Part shown: piece after piece, positions 16,906 to 27,300 of the stretch
Position numbering within the stretch: position 1 is the stretch's first letter
Layout of the letters: each line of letters opens with the position of its first letter
IMG/VR virus record: IMGVR_UViG_3300005067_000004
Location: 1 to 32,780 of that record
Direction: 5' to 3' (one strand)
From: a virus
Lineage: Duplodnaviria; Caudoviricetes
DNA length: 32,780 bases
Notes under the pieces: model-generated
What the model was told of the DNA's origin: nothing
The model's database searches: none
Seen by the model: only the letters and a program-made list of their open reading frames with translations
Program-made: the position numbers and the translations under genes

Positions 16906-17822
16906 TGGCAGGGAAAACTCAAAAAGGGTCAGGATACGGCTTACAATTCTGGGCTGATTTTTCACGTATAGAAAAAGGCGCTGAGATGCGCTCTCGTGCT
17001 GTTAAAGATTTGAACAAGACTTTAACGTATTGGTTTTCTAAAGACGGTGGATTTTTATTTAATAAATCAGCCGCAAATAATCTTGCTAATTATTTTAGAG
17101 AGTCTTTAGCATCTCAGAGATTCTTTAGTGGTTTTGCTCCAAATGTTCCTTGGTGGACAGCATATAAAGTTAAATATGGAATGAGTGATCTTCAGGGCAT
17201 TGCTACTGGAGCTGCTTTAAAATCATTACGTGCAATAAGATCAGGTTATTCAGAGTATCGTGTTGGTTGGTCTGGATCTGATACAGGAAAGACTGGCAAA
17301 GAGAAACGTATTGCACAGTATATGGAATATCTTGAGTTTGGGCGACCTGGAGGGAATAAAACCGGAGAACAGCCTCCACGTCCTTGGTTTTCTTCTGCGT
17401 TCTATGCTTGGGCTACGCAAGAGCTTCCAGAATTTATTAAATCAACTGCGGGTACTAATTTCTATCAGACTTTACGTAAAGTAGCTGGAGAGGGGGTTGC
17501 TGCGAGAGCTGATTTAGAAGATGCAATGGAAGTTCTATATCCTGATCAAGAGGATACATTTGGGCCTCAAGTAGGACGTGATCTTACTTTTGAGCAAGCA
17601 TCAGGACAAGAAGGATTTACAACTGGACGTGTCCAAGAAGTCAAAGCAAGGGATGATCTGCTTGGAAAATCTAAGATTATTGGACAGGCAAAGATTGGCG
17701 GTGAATGGTACGATGTAACCGATGAGAACATTGTTAAAAAAGGAGGAGCAATCAAAGGCGTATTTGATGAATTATACGATATGATTGAGGACTTCAGATC
17801 AGGTCTTGATAGAGGAGAATAA
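16905..17822 (+). CDS. HK97 gp10-like neck/tail component with C-terminal extension
   Basis: 'IATG', 'YMEYLEFG...QPPRPWF'. Confidence 0.7.
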   Translation: MAGKTQKGSGYGLQFWADFSRIEKGAEMRSRAVKDLNKTLTYWFSKDGGFLFNKSAANNLANYFRESLASQRFFSGFAPNVPWWTAYKVKYGMSDLQGIATGAALKSLRAIRSGYSEYRVGWSGSDTGKTGKEKRIAQYMEYLEFGRPGGNKTGEQPPRPWFSSAFYAWATQELPEFIKSTAGTNFYQTLRKVAGEGVAARADLEDAMEVLYPDQEDTFGPQVGRDLTFEQASGQEGFTTGRVQEVKARDDLLGKSKIIGQAKIGGEWYDVTDENIVKKGGAIKGVFDELYDMIEDFRSGLDRGE

Positions 17823-17825
17823 AAA

Positions 17826-18026
17826 ATGCAGGTGATAAACATCGCTCCAAGAGACATTTATTTTACAGTTGATTTCTCATTGAGCCAATTAACTTACTTG
17901 AAAAAAATCCTTGACCATTCTACAATTGAATACAACGGAGAGCAAGAGCCAGAAATGGCAGAAGCAGTTGAGTACATGAATAAAATACTAATGCCAGAAC
18001 TAATCCGTTTAGTAAAGGATGAATAA
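17826..18026 (+). CDS. Hypothetical protein (66 aa)
   Basis: SD AGGAG; fills the gap between neighbours exactly. Confidence 0.6.
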   Translation: MQVINIAPRDIYFTVDFSLSQLTYLKKILDHSTIEYNGEQEPEMAEAVEYMNKILMPELIRLVKDE

Positions 18027-18455
18027 ATGCTGGACGTAACACTCAGAGAGACAGATATTTGGAGATCCATTAAAAAGTTTTGGATTGACGGTCTTCCTAA
18101 TACCAAAGTTTATTTTAATGAATTTGTTGTTACTCCAAAGACTGAGCTTGATAAATGGATCTGTGTGGACATTGAAGGATTACGTCCTGCCCATGTGAGC
18201 AATCTCACAATGACAGTTTTCATGTTTACAAAATCTGATATCGAAGGAGACGATCTGGCAGCGTTACGCGATCAAATTATGGAACTCTTGTTTCCCGGAC
18301 GTATTACTTTATACAATACCACGACAACACCATGGACTGCTGCTGGAGGCATAATAGTAGATATTGTCTTTCAGAGTGTTGTTTCCAAAACAGTTAGCAA
18401 AGCGGATATGAAATACATCGAGACGATCTTGCGTTGGGCATCTGTGTGGAGCTAA
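18027..18455 (+). CDS. Probable tail terminator
   Basis: 142 aa alpha/beta protein shortly before the tail tube; positional. Confidence 0.6.
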   Translation: MLDVTLRETDIWRSIKKFWIDGLPNTKVYFNEFVVTPKTELDKWICVDIEGLRPAHVSNLTMTVFMFTKSDIEGDDLAALRDQIMELLFPGRITLYNTTTTPWTAAGGIIVDIVFQSVVSKTVSKADMKYIETILRWASVWS

Positions 18456-18479
18456 ATTAAAGAAAGGTGGATAAAAATA

Positions 18480-18704
18480 ATGGATAATCAGAGAGAGATC
18501 AAACCAAAGGGGGGATGGGTACTATGTGAAAAGTGTGGAAAAAAGCTTTTGAAGCGTAAGCCAAACGGAACTTTTGTATTAAAGTTCGGCAGAAACAGTA
18601 AACAAGAAGATGTTATCCATCTTGAGGTTTTTGGTAGTTTAAAAATGAAATGTTTCCGTGAAAGCTGCGGACATATGAACACTATTAATTTCTTTCCTTC
18701 ATAG
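18480..18704 (+). CDS. Com-like zinc-finger protein
   Basis: 'CEKCGKKLL...LKMKC....CGHMN' matches the Mu Com-like CxxC-KLL...KC..C..N pattern. Confidence 0.65.
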   Translation: MDNQREIKPKGGWVLCEKCGKKLLKRKPNGTFVLKFGRNSKQEDVIHLEVFGSLKMKCFRESCGHMNTINFFPS

Positions 18705-18787
18705 AGAAGACTTTCAGTCCTTGAGTAAAAAGGAATTAAGAATTGGCGATTAACTTTAATTTTTTTAAAAAATAAGGAGGTTTTCTT

Positions 18788-19381
18788 ATGGCCGTTACAC
18801 GAACTGGACCTGTTACCAAAGATACTTCAACCGTTGCTCTCGGACTTGCGAAGATTCTGGTAGGAGCTTCTGCTGCCAATATTGGCACTACTACTCAGGT
18901 ATTGGATCAGACTAATGACTCTCTCGGTGCTCTGAACAGTTCCAATTTCACATCCAACGTTGAGTATTGGCGGTTGATGTCTGGCTTCCCTGAACTTGAA
19001 GACATGTCCCTGCCGCTGAGTGAGACTGCGGCTCTGGAATGTGAATTCAAGGAAATCAATCCCCGTAACCTTGCTTTTGCCCGTGGGCTTGATGCGAGTA
19101 CAGGGTACGATAATAACCATAGTGGCGAGATTGGACTCGGCAATATGGTTGCTCCTGCGTTTGTTCGTGCAGAAGCAGTGTACACGTATCCGAATGGTAC
19201 GAACCATATGTACATCATCTTTCCCCGTGCGAACGTTACCAGTTCCACAGAACTGAGTTTCAATGCAAGTGACAATGCGAATGTGCCAATAGTTATAGAG
19301 TCGAAACGCGCAGATTCCGATGTCTCTGGGGGGAGTGCAGTCTGGGACTCGATGCCTCTCGGGAGAATATACTTCGACTAA
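18788..19381 (+). CDS. Major tail tube protein
   Basis: 197 aa; 'VALGLAKILVG', 'LGAL', 'IIFPRANV'; upstream of chaperones and tape measure; strong SD TAAGGAGG. Confidence 0.8.
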   Translation: MAVTRTGPVTKDTSTVALGLAKILVGASAANIGTTTQVLDQTNDSLGALNSSNFTSNVEYWRLMSGFPELEDMSLPLSETAALECEFKEINPRNLAFARGLDASTGYDNNHSGEIGLGNMVAPAFVRAEAVYTYPNGTNHMYIIFPRANVTSSTELSFNASDNANVPIVIESKRADSDVSGGSAVWDSMPLGRIYFD

Positions 19382-19393
19382 CATATAAAATGC

Positions 19394-19422
19394 TTGCAAT
19401 TCTAAATTAATTAAAGTATGAT
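19394..19422 (+). promoter_or_regulatory. Putative sigma70-type promoter of the HNH gene
   Basis: TTGCAA (19394-19399), 17 bp, TATGAT (19417-19422). Confidence 0.6.
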
Positions 19423-19431
19423 GTGTTTTAG

Positions 19432-19458
19432 AGATGGGGACGTTTTTTGTCCCCATCT
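19432..19458. other. Perfect 10-bp stem-loop
   Basis: AGATGGGGAC / GTCCCCATCT with loop GTTTTTT; no canonical U-tract after the stem. Confidence 0.75.
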
Positions 19459-19487
19459 ACTATTAATTCTAACTATGGAGGCACGTC

Positions 19488-20453
19488 ATGCAAATTTGTT
19501 CGATTGAGGGTTGTGAGAAAAAAGTATACAGCAGGAAATTATGTGCAAAACACTATTGGCGTTTAATGAGAAATGGAGACCCCCTTACACGAAAGACACA
19601 AGAAAGAGGGGAGAAGTGCTCTGTAAAACATTGTAAAAGAAAAGTATACGCACAGGGGCTATGCAATAAACATTGGCAAAGAAAAAGGAAGTATGGCGAT
19701 GTGTCACGAGAAGGTCTAAAAGCCCCATTAAAAAAAGGAGTGCCAGTAAAACAATATCTAAAAGAAAGATCTAAATACAACAAACACACAGGCTGCATTG
19801 AATGGATTGGGAGTATCGCGAATGATGGGTATGGGCAAGCGTGGCAGGGAGATTTTTGGTGGAGAGCACATAGATTAGCATATACAGTATATAAGGGTGA
19901 AATACCAGAAGGAAAAATAATCTGTCATCATTGTGATAACCCACGTTGTATTAATCCAGAACATCTTTATGTAGGCACACAAAAAACAAATGCTGAAGAT
20001 AGAGTAAAAAGAGGGCGTTCTAATATAAAGACAGGTGAGGAAGCCGGTGCAGCAAAACTAACAGAAGCACAGGCAATAGAAATTATCAGAAGGAGAAAAT
20101 CAGGAGAAAAAGAAAAAGACATAGCAAAGGATTACAATATTTCTCATTGGACTGTTGGAGATATTTATCGCGGTAAAAAATGTTGGAGAGATATTGATCG
20201 AGACAGTATTCAGCCTTATAAAGAAGTAAGAAAGGACAAGGCTGGAAGAATTTGTAATATGACAACAAAACTGACTGAGGATCAGGTAAAGGAAATTAAA
20301 CGACTGATCTTATCAAAAAAGTATTCTCAGAATGCTATTGCAAGACGGTTTAATGTGAGTAAGAAAACAATAGCAAATATAAGAACAGAAAAACAATGGA
20401 GCCATATTCCATGGCCGACAAAACGGAAAAGGAGAAGGCGAAGAAAAGTTTGA
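19488..20453 (+). CDS. Free-standing HNH endonuclease (2 N-terminal C-C-C-H zinc repeats, HNH core, 2 C-terminal HTH-like repeats)
   Basis: 'CSIEGC.....RKLCAKHY' twice; 'AHR..Y', 'CHHCDNPRCINPEHL..GT...N'; 'KLTE.Q..EI' twice. Confidence 0.92.
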   Translation: MQICSIEGCEKKVYSRKLCAKHYWRLMRNGDPLTRKTQERGEKCSVKHCKRKVYAQGLCNKHWQRKRKYGDVSREGLKAPLKKGVPVKQYLKERSKYNKHTGCIEWIGSIANDGYGQAWQGDFWWRAHRLAYTVYKGEIPEGKIICHHCDNPRCINPEHLYVGTQKTNAEDRVKRGRSNIKTGEEAGAAKLTEAQAIEIIRRRKSGEKEKDIAKDYNISHWTVGDIYRGKKCWRDIDRDSIQPYKEVRKDKAGRICNMTTKLTEDQVKEIKRLILSKKYSQNAIARRFNVSKKTIANIRTEKQWSHIPWPTKRKRRRRRKV

Positions 20454-20479
20454 CAAATTTTCCTTTCCTTTGATAATAT
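20450..20479 (+). promoter_or_regulatory. Putative promoter upstream of tail chaperone/tape measure genes
   Basis: TTGACA (20450-20455) overlapping the HNH stop, then GATAAT (16-bp spacer) or TAATAT (18-bp spacer). Confidence 0.5.
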
Positions 20480-20562
20480 AGAAACAGCTTACATAGTTCC
20501 ACAGTCTATTCAGAATCGCAGTACAAACTTGAATCTCTTAAATTTTAAAGGAGAATACCATT

Positions 20563-20961
20563 ATGTCTTCTGATCAAAAAGCAATTATTCCCGAAATTAA
20601 GAAAGTAACTGTAGGTATCCGTAATCCTCGCACTGTCACAGTGTATCCTCTCTCTATGCATGATCAGATTGAACTTGTGAATGATCTTGCATCTACGATT
20701 GAAGTGCTTTCCAAAGAATACAATTTTAGTGATCTGAAAAATGAACAGGCTCTTGTCTTTTTGCAGAAGATCATTACTGACAATCTGACGAAGATCCTTG
20801 AATATATATGTGATGAGGAAGAACGTCCTTCAATGAAGGAGCTTACCAATAATCAATTCTGTGAAATTGTAAATATTGTGTATGAAGTTAATTATGAAGG
20901 AATGATAAAAAACCTGAAAGACCTCTCTCAGAAGGTGATGACACAGTTCAAGAAGAAATAA
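20563..20961 (+). CDS. Tail assembly chaperone (lambda gpG analogue)
   Basis: Between tube and tape measure; SD AAGGAG; contains a slippery heptamer near its 3' end. Confidence 0.8.
   Translation: MSSDQKAIIPEIKKVTVGIRNPRTVTVYPLSMHDQIELVNDLASTIEVLSKEYNFSDLKNEQALVFLQKIITDNLTKILEYICDEEERPSMKELTNNQFCEIVNIVYEVNYEGMIKNLKDLSQKVMTQFKKK
20907..20913 (+). other. Programmed -1 ribosomal frameshift site A AAA AAC
   Basis: In-frame at(A AAA AAC); the -1 frame is open from 20898 to 21332. Confidence 0.85.
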
Positions 20962-21332
20962 GTGAAGATTTGAGAGAGGTCGTTACCGCGGTTATGCAAT
21001 TTTATTCACAGTATCGTCTTGAGGATTTTTATCAGAAACATTATTGGCAAGGCGGCGTAACTTTAAATCAAGTCCATGTTCTATATGAGCAAGCAATAAA
21101 AAGAAAGAATGAAGAGTATCGTTTCTTTGCCCTGCTTCACGGAGCTGATCCTGACGCAGATGGAACAGAGAGACAAGACAATTCTCACAAGCAGCAGAAC
21201 AGCCAGTCTTTGCCCCTTTTCCAAGATCCGGAAAAGTACAGTCATTTAAGCAAAGAAGAACGCGATGAGCTTACCGCTAAGATGATGGGTAAGCATAGGA
21301 ACTGGGCTAATCAAAAAGCGTTTAGGAGTTAG
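20910..21332 (+). CDS. Tail assembly chaperone frameshift extension (gpT analogue)
   Basis: -1 frame reads KPERPLSEGDDTVQEEISEDLREVVTAVMQFY...; track ORF 20970..21332 has only a TTG start. Confidence 0.8.
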   Translation, partial: KPERPLSEGDDTVQEEISEDLREVVTAVMQFYSQYRLEDFYQKHYWQGGVTLNQVHVLYEQAIKRKNEEYRFFALLHGADPDADGTERQDNSHKQQNSQSLPLFQDPEKYSHLSKEERDELTAKMMGKHRNWANQKAFRS

Positions 21333-21337
21333 CTAAA

Positions 21338-24300
21338 ATGGCTGGACAAGGGGGTCTTTTCATAAAAATCCTGGGGGGAGTTTCCGAAGAACTCCTCTCA
21401 GGACTCGCCACATTAAGCGATCAGCTTAAAAAGCTTTCTGAGACTGCTAAGAAAACAAAGAACATTGAGTTCGGTAATGGCATCGCTGAAATCGGGCAGC
21501 AGGTGGAAGCTACTTCTGCGCGTATTGGTGCTGGACTCAAGAAAATAGAGCAGTTTGTAAACAGCTATGGGGATGCTATGGCTTCGGCCATAGATAAGCA
21601 GGATGAAGCTGCCAAACGTGCTGCTGCGTCTACTGGCGAGAGCTTTGGTAAAATACGTAAAGACATTCAGGATACGTATGGAGAAAAACAGCGTAAACTG
21701 ATTGAGCAGATTCAACAAAGAATGGAGAAGTTTGGTGATCTTTCTGAAGTTGATATGCCCACCTCTCAAACGCAGCTTAAAGAGTTTGCTAAGCAAATTC
21801 ATGATCTGTATAGTTCACTACAAGATGTTGGTGCTATTGATGAAAGCTCTCAGACGCTTGAAGAGTTCGCGAATAAGATAGATTACGCAGCAGTAGCTTC
21901 TAAAAGAGTTACAAAGGAGATTAAAGCAACAGGTGATGGATTTCGTGCATTTTCTGATGATGCACGTAAAGCTCTTGGATTAACAAAAGAACAAAATGAC
22001 GCGTTGGCTAAGTTCAAAGGGCCCACTATATTTGAAAAGAAGTTGGAAGAGCTTAGAAAAGAGCAGGAAGCTGGATCTGCTGATGCCAAAGAATATGCAA
22101 ACGCATTACAATTTCTTGCACAACGTTTTGGCAAATCAGATAAGGAAGCCACTCAATATATAAAAGTTCTGGACAATGTAAGACAAAATGTTGAGCGTTT
22201 GTCTGCTGAAGCAAAAGCAATGGGATTTCCCAATATTGCTGAGAATATCCAAAAAATAAAACCTGCTACTGCTGTTCTTAGGGCATTAGACGGATCTCTC
22301 AAGCTAACAAAAAATAATATGGAATTGGTTACTGATGAGTCCAAGAAAATGTTCAAGGGACTTTCCACTTCAGAGATCAATGAGCTTATTAATACCCTTG
22401 ATTTAATGCCCAAGAAAGCTGCGGAAATACGTAAGGTTGCAGATAGTTTTACGTATAGTGATGCAGAAGCAGAACAGTTTCAGAAAGAGTTACAAGCTCT
22501 TTATAAAGAATTGGATCGTATTTCTAAAAAAGACATTAAACTTTTAGAAGGAGCCGATCTTAAAGTTTTTGAGAAGGACATAAATGCTGCTCGATCTGGA
22601 ATTAATAAGTTTGGTGGGGCATTAAAGGTTCTTGAAGGGCAAGAAGGATTTACTCAGTTACGCACAGACATTGAGCGTGTAGATATTGCTGTTAAGGAGC
22701 ATAGAAAGAGTCTTGCTGATGCTGCTGCGGAACAGAAAAGGTATGAGAAAGAACAGGAGCTTACCCAACAGACACTGCGTGATGTGGAGAAATCATTACG
22801 CTCTCTTTCTGAAGCCGAATTAAAAACGTTTGATGTAGAAGACACTCGTAGATGGAAAAGAGAGCTTGAACGCACAGAGAGCACTCTTGATAATATAAGG
22901 AAGAAAGTCCCTGATGAAGAATTTGAGAGATTAAAAAATAATATCTCTGATCTGCGGCGTGAGGCGGATAAATACGCAACCACAATGCGTAAAGCTGCAC
23001 AGCAGATGGACACTAAGGGACAAGAACAGGCGATGATGAATCTCGCAAAGCAGTACGGAGATTCTACATCGAGAATTAATCGGTATAAGAAAGCTGTACG
23101 GGACACTGTTGAGTTGGAACAGCGTAGAATGGATCAAATCATGAACAAGATTGATCGTCTACGCAGTGAGAAAAAACAGACGGAGGCTGTTACAAAAGAA
23201 ATACGTAGATTAGCTCTTGAATATGATCGTCTGGCGAATGAAGAGGATCTATCTCGCAGAGTCAAAGACAGATATGAAGAACAGGTAAAGGGCGTTTCCA
23301 GAGCACACAGTAAGCTTACAAAAGAGCTTAAACTCTCTGGTAAGGAGATGGGCTTTGTTGCAAATCAGATTGATCATGTGAGCCGTCGTATTAAACAGTT
23401 TGGCGCTTTTGTTGCTGCTGCGTTTGTTGTGCGTCAGATTCAGTTTTTCTTCAGAGAACTAATTACACTTATCGCTGAATACGATCAAGCCCTGCACAAC
23501 CTACGTGCAATCATGGAGATCACTGTATCTCAATCTGCTCTTCTCGGAGAGGTAATTAAAGATGTTGCACGGAGCACGAAATTCGCTGCTACAGAAATTG
23601 CTGAGGGCATTCAGACATTAGGGCAGGCGGGTCTGTCCATGCAAGAATCAATGTCTGCTGTTCAGGGAATTGCTGATCTTGCCACAGGTACTTTAACAGA
23701 TTTTTCTTCTGTATCTGAGCTTGTAACTACCACATTAAGATCATTTAATTTAGCTGCTACAGAGACTACGCGTATTGCGGATATTTTTGCAAATGCAATT
23801 AACAATTCAAAGCTTACAGTAGATAAACTCAATACAGCATTTAACTATATAGGTGCTGCTGGAAAACAAGCAGGACTGACTTTGAATCAATTAACTGGTA
23901 CTTTGATGAATCTTGCCGATAATGGTATTCGTGCAAGCACAATGGGTACTGGATTACGCAGAGTTATCACTAAAATGCTGGCGCCATCTGATGAGTTTTC
24001 TGCGAAACTTAAAGAGATGGGAGTTCATTTAAATGAGCTTAATCCATCAATTGTTGGCTGGCAGAGTGCGTTAGAGAGAGTAGCCCCTGCGTTATGGGAC
24101 TCATATCGTGGCACTGTCGATATGGGCAAAGCAGTTGAGTATTTCGGTGTCCGTGCGGCACAGGTAGCTGCCATCCTAATTCGCAATGTTTCTGATGGAT
24201 CTATGGCGCTTGAGAATGCCATAGAGAAAACATTTCAGTACGGATCTGCCAGTAAAATGGCAGAGACACAGGTTGAAGGACTCGCTCTCAAAATCAAGAA

Positions 24301-27300
24301 CATGAAAGATAGAGCAGGTCTTGCTGTCATTGCTCTTGGTGAGGCAGGATTAACTGCTGTTCTTAAGGACTTGATTGATGGTTTAAGAGGAGCTTCAGAA
24401 GGAATAGAGACGTTTGTTAAGAACTGGCCTACTGCTGGACAGTTTGTTGGAACAGCTTCAAGTGTGGCATTGGTTACAGCGGTGATTTCTGGTCTTATCC
24501 CTATATTAAGTAGGGCTAAAGCTGCTTGGAAAGGATTATGGGCAATACATTCTACTTTCTTTGCGGCAATCACAGGGTCAACTGTTGCTGTTACCGCTTT
24601 CATTATTGGATTAGAAAAGATCATTGATAGACACGCAAGAGCAGCAAGAGCAGCAGGAGAGAACGCAGAGCAGCATCAAGCCCTTGCAGAAGCAATGCAA
24701 GAATGGAATAAGAGTTTTGAGGAAGCTTTTCAGACAAGGGAATGGGAAAATGTAATTAAACGTTTTGAGGAAGTGACTATTGCTGGAGAAAATCTTGCTG
24801 AGATGTTAGAGGAACGTCTTGGATATGCAATAGAAAACATTCCTCAGACAGCAGAGGGCCTGAGAACTCTGACAGATACTTTTACCCAAATATCTAATGC
24901 ACAAATAGGAAAACAGGTTGAAGATTCCATTGAACAAATAATAGCCTCGCAAAATCATTTAATTCAGAATGTAAATTTATTGGGAGAAGTTCTTCCTGAA
25001 GAGTATAAAAAGCTTGAGGATGTTCCAGGGTCATTTTGGACTGGATTTTTGAAAGCTTTGGATCCAAGTGGAGCAGGGGCCATATACAAACTATTTGCCG
25101 CAGAAACAGAGGAGATGGTGGCTCAGTATGAAGAGGGTGTTATGCGTATGGCAAAAGCAGTTCAATCATACGCTTCAATTAATGATAAAACTCTTGAAGG
25201 TGTATTAAAAACATCAAGCGGCGTTGTAAAAAGATTGGAAGAACAGTTTGGTGAAGGATCTGTAGCAGCAGAAAAATTTAGGGAAGTGATGGCAAGACGT
25301 TGGTTAGGCCCTGCTACATCCGAAATTGACGCTTTTGCCATTAAAATAATACGTGTCAAAGATGCAATGAAAAACCACAATCTCACTCTTGAAGAAGCCA
25401 AGGAGAGGTTGGAAGATTATAATATAGAATGGAACAATGCTGAAGATCCTACAGCTACAATGGACAATGCGTATAATAAGATTATAAGCAAAAAAGATGA
25501 ATTGCTTGAAGTATATAAAGACATAATTTCAGGACAGAAAACTTTTGCAGATGCGGAACGCTTTGTGCGCGAAGAAATGGATTTATCTGAGAAGCAGACA
25601 GAAAAATACATTGCACGATTGAAACGCTTACAAAAAAGTGTTGCTGGAGAGGTTACCCCTGCTTTTAGTGATTTTTTAAATTTAATTAAGGAAGTTGCGC
25701 CTGAGGCTGTATCTGAGATAGAGAAGATGTCAGATGAAGGCAAAGCACACTTTTTGAAATTCAAAGCAGAATTTATGTCTGCTGGTGAAGAATTGCGAGA
25801 AATGTATGAGGGTCTTTTTGGTGGAGTACGCCTTGAGAAGGTTTCTTCAAAATTCAGCCGTGCAGAGATCCAGCGCAGACTTGCTGGATATGATGCACAG
25901 AGTGCGGAAGAAGCACTACAGCAAATTGAGGATGTTAAAAGAAAGGTTCTGGTTGAAGGGCTGCATGAGACAAGAAGAGAGGCTGAAGAGGAAATCATGT
26001 CCATGCAGGAGAAACTCATTGAAGCGTCTTCCAGTTTGAGCTTAGATAGTGCTGTGGCTGAGATGGATCGTGTGCTTGAGAAACGGTTGTCAGATATCAA
26101 TACATACTATGATCAGCTTTTGCAGATACACCATACAGCAAATGCAAAGCAGGCTGATTTAGCAAAAGATACAGCACAAGAGCAGATTACAATAGTTAGG
26201 GATCAAAGTGGAAGCATTGTAGCAGCATACAATGAGCTTACAGATAATGTAATCAGTCAGAAAGAAAGAGAGAAAGAGAAGATTGTTCATCTGACTGATC
26301 AAGAGCTTCTGTATATGCAGAATTCTTTTAATGAATCTATGTCCATAGATACTGCCGGAGTTATTTCTGATCTGCGTAAGATTTATGATGAAGCGGATAG
26401 TATTAATAAAAGCTATTCATTTGAGCAATTTGTAGATCAATGGAAATTAACTTCCAAAGAGATTCTTTCCATCAATAAAAAGATGGGGCACCAGATTGAA
26501 ACTGATGAGAAAGAATTAGTAAATAAAGTATTAGGAGAAATCAATCGCTCAACACAGTCCTTTGAAAATGCCTCTGCAAAACGTGTGAATATTAAGAAGG
26601 ACGAGAATGGGAAGATTATCTCATGGGAGCAGAAGCTCGGTAATGATTTGATCAGTGCCCATCGTGATACGCAGACAGGTCTTTTAAGAATCACCTCCAC
26701 ACGTATTGCTGAAGAAAAGAAGCAAATAAAAACACTTGCTGATATTGAGGAAGAGGGATTTCAAGCCCGTAAAGAAGCCATTGCTAATTATCAAGCAGAT
26801 CGTCTGCAAACAGTTAAGGACATAGCAGAGGCAGAGAAGAAACAATGGCGTGATAGTTATTTTGACATGGTTTCCAGAGAAGGCACTCTGTTTGAGGATC
26901 GAGATCGGTTAAAAAAAGAGTACACAAAAAAGGCAATCGAGACTGAAGAGGAATATAAGAAAGAAACAATCAAAGTTTATGAGGATGTGAAAAAGAAGTG
27001 GGAAAGTATTCTGGATGATCGTTATGATAAAGCGAAAGAGATTCAAGAAAAGATCATTGATCTTGAACGGGATCTGAGAGACTTCCAGAAAGATACACAG
27101 GATATTCTGCGTGATATGCGTAGAGATCATATGACTGATGAGGAAAAGTATTATGACGATCTGAAAAAGTACCAAGAATTAATGTCCGAAGCTTCAGTCG
27201 CAACAGAAGCAGGACGTTATGAAGAAGCTCGGGATCTTTATAAAGAAGCCACACAGCTTGCACGTGGTTTAAATAAAGAAGTGCAAGAAGGAGAAAGAAC

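Noticed and set aside
4933-18751. 12-bp inverted match AATCGCCAATTC (4933) / GAATTGGCGATT (18740) as inversion sites
   Set aside because: One copy is within coding sequence, no recombinase is present, and a 12-bp match is expected by chance in 33 kb.
19432-19458. Hairpin as a canonical intrinsic terminator
   Set aside because: The T-run is in the loop rather than after the stem on either strand; kept only as a stem-loop.
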